A stretch of DNA of 64,000 nt from Gordius albopunctatus (taxonomy: Eukaryota). The translations under genes and the position numbers were made by a program. The stretch's first letter is position 1, and each line of letters starts with the position of its first letter. The notes under the pieces were generated by a model that was given only the letters and a program-made list of their open reading frames with translations, had not been told where the DNA came from and did no database searches. Location: the NCBI GenBank assembly GCA_964276515.1, contig OZ193909.1, forward strand, positions 14,632,001-14,696,000. The letters run 5' to 3'. Of the stretch, positions 38,486 to 49,900 are shown piece by piece.

Positions 38486-40422
38486 AGATCACGTGAATAT
38501 AGAAGGTATTATTTGAGCCAGGCTATAAATACAATAGAGTAACTTTTGTGCTCTCTATATGGTTCCAAAAAGGGTTACTTTTATAGAGCAAAACCTATAA
38601 GAAAGGTTTTAAAGTAAATAAAAATTGGCTTAAAAGTTTGTCAAATTTAGCAAGAATTCAATTGACAAAAAATAAAACAATGACTACATCATTTCACTCC
38701 AGTCAATATTTTAGAAAGCATTTTATTCAAGGCTTTTTTAAAATTATTTTCATTACAGCGTTTCTAAAATAATCAATAAGATTTCACAATTCTAAAATTA
38801 ATGTTTGTTAACAGCTAATCAATAAAAAAAGTATGCAAAGCTTTTATTAACCCATTAATCAATTTATAAAATTTATTGTTAATTAATTAATTTCCTTCCT
38901 TTCAAAGAAAAGATAATTTTTCATAAGTATAAATTAGTTCCTAATCATTTTAAATCATAAATATTTGGTAACTCTATTCATCAAGTGATCAAATTTTCAT
39001 ATTTATACCCAGAGTAGCCCTTTTAGCTTTGTAACTTGGGTGAGGGGGGGGGGCTACTTTTCCTAAGAAGGAGTGAGCAACGACTCCACCCAGAATTCCT
39101 TTCAGAGTGGCCTTAAGGAAGTGAAAAGTATGATGACTGGAGTGGAGTCTGATGAGCCTCATCACGGACTCGGGGCTAACCTGAAATGAATCGTAGCCAA
39201 CCTTAATCCAAATTTAATTGAAAGAAACATAAAGTTCGTCACTGTACCCTACGCCTACCTACCCCTTCTCCTTTAATTTTTCGTTTAATATAATTAAATG
39301 ATTTTATTTTCACTATTTTATAATATAACAATGACCAAGTTTGTTTATATTAAACCTCATATCAAAGGGTTCACTTTAAAGTTGGATCATTTAGATAAAA
39401 AAAATTAATGTTATATTAAATCGAAGCAACATATATTAGATTTTTCATTAATTTTTTATCGTAGATATATTATTAGCAATAGAATTTATTTTTAATTTAT
39501 AGGGTAAACAAATTTAAATATAAAATATGCCTAGAAATCACGATTACTGTAGGGGGCTCGAGTCAAAGAAATATCTAAAAAATTGTGGACGTAAGTCCAA
39601 ATTCAAGCTCAAAATGTAAAAATTCGTTCTTGGGCAAATAAAAAATATCAACATTTATATAAATCCCGACTCGGCCCAGAATAGGGTCGATGAAAAGATA
39701 TTTTGCAAGGTCATACGTGAATTTTACTAATATCAAAAAGTGCCCCGGTAGGTGATTGAGCTTTGAATTTAAATATATAATGTCACATATCTCAAATATA
39801 TTTGTATATATATTGATTAATTATTTTGGTGCTAGGCGTTAGATATATAAATCCAATTTTTCTGCATAATGTCGCCTAATTTAATATAAAGTTAAATTGA
39901 TTGATAAAAGAAATCTATTATCTTTGGTATAATTTAGATATAGATTATGTAGCTGAGCCATTCGTGTAAGTTAAAAGACATCTAATTGTATATGCAAACT
40001 CAAACATAACACTAACAAAGAGCATTAATGTATTAAAAGTCTTTTAAATCGAATCTTAATTTGCGGCGCTTAGGATGTCGACAAACATAAATCTCAAAAT
40101 TAAGTGTACCAAAAATAATTCGGACGCAAAAAAACTTCATTTGTATTTTTTGTTTTGAATCTTTGTGATGTTTTATCTCAATTTGAACATGCAGAGTTTA
40201 ACTTTCTTTTATACCAATATAGGTAGCTATTGTCAAGACACAATTATGTTAGCAATTCATCATTAAAATCTTTTGGTGGTTGAAAGTAATTTTTTATGAC
40301 CAAATTTTACATATTATTTGTAAATAGTTTGATGTGAAATCTTTTCATTAAATTAAAATCATAACCATAAATTGCATAGCAATAATTAATAAGTCCTATT
40401 GTTATTAAGAGATCTGTACAAA

Positions 40423-41341
40423 TCTTATATATAAAAATGAAACTATGTATGTATGTGTGTGTATGCCGCCACCAATTTTGGAAAACTACCACACCGATTT
40501 GGCTCAAAATTTCACAGTTTATTCCTGACACTCCGGAGCATGTTTTAAGATTTGTTCGAGCCAAATCGGTCCAGTAGTTTTCCAGTTTATTTTATACGTT
40601 TTGACGTTTCGTGTTTTTTGAAAATTTGAATATACAGTTCTTTAATAAAAGTGTATTTCTAAAACGTTATGCGTGTAGGTAGTGTAGTGTGATAAATGTA
40701 GGCATGTGCTGCGGAAAATGGAAACTTTTTACGATTTGAAACATTAAATCAAAGTTATTTTTTGCTTATTTTTCACGTCAATTATTATTATAGGACGGTC
40801 GTGTCCCCTCCTGCGTGGCTAAATAAATTAAAAAATCTCATTTTATTATTTTTTGCGCGTTAAATAAGGAGAAAAATGAAAATACTTTTAACAAAGTGCC
40901 AATAAATGTTGATATATCTCAGTTCTTCGGACATTATCAAAATCAGAATTAAAAGTTTTATTCAGAAACAAATAATTATAATTATGATATTGTCTCTTAA
41001 TTCCAAAAAAGTTTTAAAAAAATTGCTTGAAGGGCCAGGGGGCCAAAGATTTTTCCCTTGGGAGGGGGGCATGGGGCCAGGTTTTCTCTCTTGGGTGGGC
41101 CTGGGCCCTGGACCCTCTTTAACTATTTGTTTAACAATTTTTGCATAATAAACACTTACCAATTATATTTGATATATTGTTAATATATTATACGGAAATA
41201 GAACAATAGAAGTAGAACATATAGACATCAAACTTTATTTTTACTTCAATAACCGCTTTATCATCATATATGCCCTAAAATTCCAACATAATTTAATACA
41301 CTCGGGTAAATGGCAAAACAACGTTTGCCGGGTTCATCTAG
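40423..41341 (+). mobile_element. Non-autonomous Helitron
   Basis: 5' TC start, a (TATG/TG) microsatellite near the 5' end, a subterminal hairpin GGCAAAAC-AAC-GTTTGCC (41312-41329), a CTAG 3' end, and insertion between A and T with no TSD. Confidence 0.88.
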
Positions 41342-42774
41342 TGAAGTATAAATTTTAAAAATATACGCAAGAGGGAAGAGCTGATAACCCTTCACTAAAG
41401 GTAAGGCTATTTTTAAATCCAAAAAATGACACTCGATGTAAACAAAGTAATATAGAGTTCATCCTAGGTTAAAGACTAAGGCATTAATGTAATAAATGGG
41501 TTTCGGGAAATCCATCAATAATTAATAATGGTTTTCTACTTATATAAATTAGAGTGGTGTAGAAAACATTGGAACTTTCATTCAGCACTCCCCCATAAAT
41601 GCGTCATCGTCGTTATTTTTATGAAATCATTAACCTCATCTGTATGTGAAAAATATAAATAACATGTATTGCTTTAACTTGGCTATTAATTAATTTGTAA
41701 GTAAAGCGGGGCATTTGTTGTTTATTTTGACCCCCTCTTAATATGACCACACCAGGTTTTATACAACAAATACTTTAGATGGGTCCGTATTATATTAAAT
41801 GATTTGATGACTTGCCATTTGATATTTTTTGACCAATATGTTTTAAAAGCGTTAAAAAAGTAATAATAGTAGATAGTTAGCGCTAATTTGTTCTAGATCC
41901 TAAACAATTATATCTAAATTCATTTAGGTTTTTAAACATAAGATTATATATATATTAGCGATAAATAATAACAATAAGAAATAGAAGATAGGATTTGCAG
42001 AAACTATCCACCCTCATGTTCTGAAAAACCCAGTAAGCCATGAGCCTACGCATGGGGAGGGCCCTTCTCGAACCGTCCTATACTTCTTAGTTCCTGAGAC
42101 GATGGTAAGTTCTTAGCTTGAAGCTTTACATGCATAATCTTAGCTCCCTCAAAAAACAATTTAATTTTTAACCTAAGATCCTAAAATATCTAATCACCAT
42201 AATATTGGTCTTTACAAAATTTTTATCCATGTAGTGGGTTACTGTTCCGCCATTTTTGGCCAGAAATTAATATTTTAAATTGATATGATGATTACCTCTT
42301 AAGTCAAATATTGACCCAATTTTATTCTGTGTCGAAAAATTGGTATTTTGATAGCGCGGATAGCTATATAACTTCTGTGACGCATGACCTTTGGCCTCTG
42401 ATGAATATGAAGTATATATTTTGCAAAAAAAATTTAATGGAAAAAATTCTTACCTCTTTCCCTTGTTCGGTGTCTTCCTCTATTTAGGGGTCTCACGTGT
42501 AATAACAACTGTCTTAACAAATTATTCTGACATGCAAATTATGGTATTCAACGCTTGTTTATGTAAAATGGTGGTGATCCAATAATAAATTTAGTATCTT
42601 TCGCTTCTTATTGGGTTTGTTGTCTTCTTTTTCGACCCCTACAGAAAAATTGCGTATAACAGAAATATCAAGATTATGATAATTACTTATTAATGCTCCA
42701 TATATACTTTGTTACAGAAATAATTTCACAAGTTATTAATAAAGGGTCAAAGTTGTGAACATTACAGTACCCAC

Positions 42775-43146
42775 ACCAGAGACCAGAAGAGCCAGGCACA
42801 ATTATCTGTCCGTCCTACCTGCTCGGCCTAAGGGCCGGGCTGGTCAATTGTTATAAATTCATATTATTAAGGGCGCCCGGGCGGGCTTTATAATAAGATT
42901 CGTGCGATTAGGGCTTAATGAGATTTTTTTAATAAGGTATTGTTTTGTCAATTTTTTTATTGTTCAATATTTAATCGTAGTTTTGATAATAGACGAGAAT
43001 TAAATTTAAAATACTTGTAAAATATACCAAAATTATTTCCAAAGATAAAAAAAAAAGTGGCACATATTAGGGTTCAGAAGAATTCAGGCGGGCAATTCGA
43101 ACCGGGCCGGGTTGGATAGAAAAATTGGAGCAAATATAATTTCTGA
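42775..43146. mobile_element. hAT family B remnant
   Basis: Same subterminal motifs and AT-rich core as 37860-38317. Confidence 0.6.
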
Positions 43147-43911
43147 CGCTTTACACGTGCTCTTCTAGCTAAACCATGCTTTAACCAGCTATTTTTCCCC
43201 CAAGCATTTTTACAAAAACATAAAAATTGATAATATTTAACATAACACAATTATCTGCTGTTTTAAATGTATTCTTGGGTTTATTTTTAAAAGCTCAGTA
43301 TTGCTAAGCTTTTTCATAAGCCAATCCTTTTCCGCAATTTTTTTTCATAAAAAAACGCTTACTACGCCGCTTTGCTTATAATTCTATTCTCAGCACAAGT
43401 GTTTATTGATTAACATTTTACGCAAGTAAAAGATTGGTGGTAGAACACTAAATAAGCATAGATAATTACGGTCTATTTTTTGCTCCTATCATTTTTAATC
43501 AAGTACAATAAGAAGTTATTGATAGTATCTTATAATACTTATCCGATTGTAACTAGCATGTGCTGTACATTGCACCTTATTCATATTTAAACCACTAGCA
43601 ATGTATCTATTAACATTTGAATAATTTTTCTATGGCACATCCATAGACTTAATCTATGAGCCCACTAGTAAAATAATTTAATCGTGGTGGAATTGCAATA
43701 CAATTACACTCAAAGTCCCCAAAGTATAAAAATTCTGGCGCTGCTGGTATGATCATTTTAAGATCACCATCAAATTGCCTAAGCACACCAAGCGCCCACT
43801 CTAGGCTCCCTATTAACAACCCTAGCTCCTCGTCCTCTGGCCGTTCTCTGGGTCAATCATACATACACAATTCCTAAACATATGATTTAGTTGTAGCGCG
43901 AATTGCCCGCT

Positions 43912-46900
43912 ATGGATATAGATAATTCACCTGATTTTGATCTGTCTCACATTGAATCAGTGCTTGAAGATGTTGCAAATAAGAATAATTTAAGTGCTAT
44001 TAATGTTAAGAGTATAATAAAAGTAACTATAACCATTATACCTGAATATAATTTAAATAAAGCATTTGATTACTGATGAACAAGTTGTTAAATTTCTAAA
44101 ATCATGTGTGTCAGAAGAAGGAATTTTAGAAAGTAATCCTCATAACTGTTCACCCACTGGAAACAATTATGAGAAAGGGATTAAAAATAAATTATTAACA
44201 TTTGCCCAACATTTATTGGATGATTTTCATCCTAAAATGACTAGAGGTAAGATTAGAGAATTGAGGAAGAAAGGGGTAATAATAAATGACATTAATCTCA
44301 CATTTTTATAGGCTTTAAGCTCCATATGGCCTGTTTCTCCATCACACATTAATAGTTCAAACTCTAACTCAAAAAATGTTGTTAAATTTGGTGATTTAGA
44401 ATTTCCATCTGACACAGAAGATAGTGATGAGGACTTTGTAATTAAAAAGGACTATAAAAATATTGAAAATTCATTTAATCTTTCACAGGTAATAATATAT
44501 TCCATAATTATATAAGTATGCAATAGGATAAAACAGTTACAACTACAAAAGAAATAGGTAAACAAAAATTATAAATTAGATGTGAATCTAATATTAAAAA
44601 TGTATTTTTTATAGTATCCCTTCATTCCAATGTTGCAATTGCTGATTCATCAACAATCTGCTTTATGGATGATGACTGGTCAAGTGCATCTCCTGACACT
44701 GATATTGAAAAAGATGAATGCACAAATAATTTTAAAAATTCTCATCATTTTATTGGAGAAGATGAAGATTATAAGGAATATTATGAATGGTTACAAGGAA
44801 TTTTTGATGATGACACATTGACAGATTATAACAATGTGGGACATAAAAACCCCAGTAATTATTTTTTCATTTGATTTACATTATTAAATAAACTTTAACA
44901 CAAGTTGTTTAATTTTAACATATATATATATTAATAATTTATTTTCATATAAATAATAATACATTTTGGTCCAAATAAATTATGATATCAAATTAACCTG
45001 ATTTTGCATTATATTTGAATGCTAGATTGCATAAATATATGTTTGTAATTGTGTCAATATTATCTATTGTAGTAAGTGTAATTTTTTGAGATAATGCCAT
45101 CACATATACTAGTTAGTTATGTATGATATTCAAGTATTCATTTAACAAATATATTCTCATAAAGTTATATGTAGCCTAAATGCATAATGGAATAAGTGTT
45201 TAAAGAACCTTATTAATGACTTGTTAATATTAACCTTTTGTAATATATTTTATTCAATAATAAGACATTTTACATATTTTATATCTACGCTTATGAAATA
45301 GCTAATAGAAAAACTCCCCGAAGATCTGAACGATCTCAAACCCCAAATAAAGAGCAAACTCCAGCAATTTCTTCAGCAACATATACATGTGATAAAGATC
45401 CTAGGGAAACTTCGACTTCATACAATGAAGAAGAGGACCCTGAATATGATTTAATGGCAGAGCTAGAAAATTTTATTGAAGATCCTGAAGATTTGAGAAA
45501 TGATAGGGCCGTGCATGTGTCAAGTGAGTTTTTGTAGGGAAAAATAATATTATAGGTAAGGCCATTACTCTGCATTTTTGGATAAAAGCACAATGTGCGC
45601 CTATAAAGGGGTGTATGAGAGTTATATGTGGACCTTTTAAATCTTTATTGGGCCCTGAGAAATTGTGAAATAACCTTAAATTACGATTTATTTTTAATTT
45701 TATTGAAAGCAGCAGAGCTTAAATAATAATAACTAGCGCCTAGATGTTGGATTGCTATCCCGCTTCCCTTCTCAATTCGAACCCCCCGCCCCGCCCCCTA
45801 AGCTCGTAAGAGATTTGAGTAATTAATTTATTTTTCAACTTTAAGAATCTCAAAGAAGTGTGTTTGAAAAATTCCTTTGGTCAGATGAAGGTTTATAGAT
45901 CGCAAGCAAACCATTTATCCGGTTGTCGTTCTTATTATACACATGATGAAATTATGACCACTTTATTAAATCACGCAAATTCATGCTACATTTTAGATGT
46001 TAAAGTTGTAATTGCATCCTTACAAAGCATAGGTCGAATTTGTTCAAATTTATTTTCCTAAATTGCCCGCCCGAACCGTTTTAAGTGTTCATTCGACCAA
46101 GAATTATTATATTTGCCCGAATTTCCCGGCTCTAAATGATGATTTTTTCAATTTTTACCAGTAATTTTGTTATATACTTTTAAAAATTTTAAATTTAATT
46201 CTCTTTTTTTGGATAAGAATTGCGATTAATAAATATTATAGAATTAAAAAAGTGACAAAATAGTACACAAAAAAATAATACACACTATAAAAAAATCTCA
46301 TCGAGCCCGAATCGGCTTTGTTATGGTGCCCGCCCGGGTCTGCCCTAAATCTTATTTTAAGTCAGTTGCTCAGCGAGCCGGGCCGGGCTTTTCTGGTTTC
46401 CGGTATAAAGTTTGATAAATTATTCCTTAAAAAACCAATTTTAGTTGACCCGTTAATCATCTTATTTATTATCTCAGACCTTACCAACGGATTTATTCAT
46501 CCCTCTTTACCACTTAACTGATTCGTAATATAATTTTTTTCATCATTCGTCACATTTCGAATCACTTAATAATTGCTATTGGTTCACTTTCTTGCGCGTT
46601 ATAAAAGGAGCAGATTTTGTTTATCAAAATATAAAGTAACTTTAATGTTCGAAAATGTACCCGTCAATCTATAGGGCCAATTTGAAAATATTTTTGGGTC
46701 GGATCGCGCCTTAATAATTATATAGGTGAAAGAGTCATTTGTCCGAATTTGCATTGGTTAGCGAAACAGTTGGGATAATGATAATTGGATACATACCTAA
46801 TTTTATGCTTTCACTCTTCCCTACCAATCATTTAGAATGATAGAAGAATAGTCAATAAAATTTTCTCATCAAACGCTCCAGATACTCTCCAAAGTCCGAC

Positions 46901-49900
46901 TCCCCGCAATCTCACTCCTTTTTGTAGTCGACGACACTTGAACCTACTTTCTGCTAAAATTATGATTTAAAAGGCGACCAAAATGACCAAAATGGCTAGT
47001 TTATTTTTAGTTTTAGCCCAACGCACAATTGTATAATTTGTTATAATTCTTAAGATGGCCGAATCAAGATATTTTTTGTTTTTATCCAAGTTGTTTTAAG
47101 GGTTAAATTTATTTAGGTATGGTCTAGAACTTTGAGGCGACTATAGCTAGGAGTCAAAACGAATTATTAAGCACCAAGCAGAATAACAATTTTAACTGAC
47201 TCAAAATTTGCTAAATTTAAATGATGGCGAAAATATGAAAAAATTTAGTTACGTTTTGTATTCAGTGCTTTTCGTTGTCTAAGCATATATATATATATGT
47301 ATGGGTATTACGTGTCTACAGGGAAGGAATTGAACGAGTTGTTGAATGAGCTATTCGAACAGGATTCTGACGATAGCTGTAACCGAGAAGCCGTGCGCCT
47401 CAGGGAAAAATATCAGCGATTAGCGCAGCAAAAACATCGAGAACATTCTCAAAACAGTGAAAAACACGTTGAAAAGGGTGGTGAAAACTTGGGAAATAAC
47501 GTGAAAGTCTCAGAAGGGGGAAGTAGTAATGATGCTTTGGAAAATGCGGATTTCTGCAGTTATCAAATGAGTATGCAGGAAAGGATTCAGCTGGGAGATC
47601 AAATGCGGAAACACGTGCAATTGTTGACACAAGTTTACCTTTTGTCTTGCGAAAGCCAACGCCTCTATCCCATCAAAGAAGTTGCCAGGGTGTATTTGGT
47701 AGAACTTCTATTATTTTGCCCATTGGTTTTAGACATTTTTGTTTGCCCATGTTTTCCCAAGACATTTCATTCCCTTCCAATTTTTGCTACGCTCATTCAA
47801 ATATGTTTGAGGTACATGGGACATGCATGGCTAAAGGTTTTGCATTTTGATGTCATAGGCTCTATTGATTTAAAGTTGTACATGCTCTGACTGCACCTTA
47901 GCAGGCGAGCTTGAGCTGAGAATCATGCAAACTATTATTTTTTACAAATGACTCCTTGATTCTGACAATTTTTTATGAGAGATAGTTTGACTATAATTTA
48001 ATCCTACACTTAAAATAAGTTAAAATTTGATAAAGGGCTTTAAAATTATACGTAGTTATCAAGGTTGTTGGTACTACCACTAATACGTTTCTGCTAATTT
48101 AAGGCGCGTTTTCTAGAAAAAGCGTAAATTTGGAGCTTGATTCCTACCAGTTTCTTGGTATCGAACAATGTTTATTAATTTAGCCACTCGATTATCATTA
48201 AAACCACCTCTTTCCTTAATACGAAGTTTCAACTTGTCGAACTTTAATAGGTACATGCAATTTGTAGTTTATAAATAAATATATACCGTAAATTCCACCA
48301 AACAGTTTATTAAAATTTTTGTCTCTTTATATTTTGTCATCGTTCTTGTAGATCATCACTAACCATGTTTACTGCTCTAGCATTCTCGACTTTAGGAAAA
48401 TTTAAATTTTAATATAGCTTATTATGAAAATCAGAGATTCAGTGAAATTTGATTTTGTCATTTTTAAATAAATTTTAAATTGTATTATGTTTTGGGGAAT
48501 AGACAGAGTTAGATAAGTTGGCATCGTTGAACGCGAATAAATCTGAATCCGCTTTTCATCCCATGAATTTGCCGCACGCCATAGAAGTGATAAAAAGCGA
48601 CCAAGCTCGTGTCCAGCGTAAATATAACCCACCTCCTTCCAAGAGAAAATGTAAGCTTGAAAAAATTACCCCCTTTTTATTAGGTCTTTTAAAACTTGTT
48701 GAAAATGAATTTCTTATTGAATTTTGAGTTTAAAATATACGTTGGGAAGAATTAGTTTTTGTTTTGATATCGAAATGAGTCTTTATTTATATTGATGATG
48801 GCCGCGATATTCCAGAGTAGATGGATGGGACGTTTAAATGAACAATATGCAATGTTGAAGATTTCCTGACTTCATATATGTATATATTTAATCAGGGTTA
48901 TGTCAATTCGCCCTCTTTATTTGTTTGTTTTTATAAATACTATCATTTCTATCAAATAACCTCGCACCCGGTTAGTTCGACTAAACAAAAAAATTTCTCG
49001 ACGTCTAGACTTAGTCAAAATTTGGAAAAAAAACCAGAGGATTTTGGTCGGATTTTGTTGAGTAAGCCGTTAGACATAGTTGAACCAAAAGTCGACTAAA
49101 CAAGACCTATCTCTTTTCACAACACTAGTATAAATGAATAAATCAATTTAAGGACTTGTCTCAATATCGGATTCATATTCAACTCGCGCGCGAATTCATC
49201 TTTGTCTAGAAATATCCTATTTAATTTCACGGGTAAAACCTGGTTGTAATTATTAATATTTTATTTTTTGATAGTTAAAAACATTTTTTTTGTCTATTTC
49301 AACTCTTGAGATTAAATCCAAACTTTGCCGATACCTAAAAATTTAAAGACAAACACCATTTAAGCATAGGAAAACTTTGCGTCTTACAAAATCGCTGTTA
49401 TGTTAGGGCTTGTCTTAATTAGAGGTGTGCACGGATCAATCCGATCTCGGATCGGATCGGATTTAGATTTTAAAAAACTCGGATCGGATGGATATGAAAT
49501 TTTTCAAAAACCCCTCGGATCGGATCGGATCAAAAAAATATGATCCATGCACACCTCTAATACACACTAGAGGTGTGCACGGATCAATCCGATCCGACAT
49601 CCGATCCGATCCGTCAAAACTCGGATCGGATTTAGATTTTAAAAAACTCGGATCGGATCAGATGGATATTAAATTTTTCAAAAACCCCTCGGATCGGATC
49701 AAAAAAACATGATCTATGCACACCTCTAGTCTTAATATCGGATTTTGCTGCCCAGCAAAAATCGTTGCACGGCTTATAACACATGTCTTAACTTCGAAGT
49801 CACAGTAGGTTTACATTTCAGACGCATAATATAACAGCGATTTTGTAAGACGCAAAGTTTTTCATAGGCTTAAACGTTGTATATGTTTTTAAATTATTAG

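Noticed and set aside
39149..39186. Canonical hammerhead ribozyme
   Set aside because: CTGATGA is followed by a plausible stem II but then TAAC rather than GAAA, and there is no NUH cleavage triplet before the stem I candidate.
43700..43870. U3, Sm snRNA or RNase MRP gene (AAAGTCCCC on +, AATTTTT after a hairpin on -)
   Set aside because: Partner motifs are missing (no GGGGCT CR-V, no box D). An open reading frame or UTR explains it as well.
49420..49728. CRISPR-like or satellite array of GATCG repeats; ORF 49488-49712
   Set aside because: No constant repeat with unique spacers and no cas genes. These are subterminal repeats of hAT MITEs, and the ORF is incidental.
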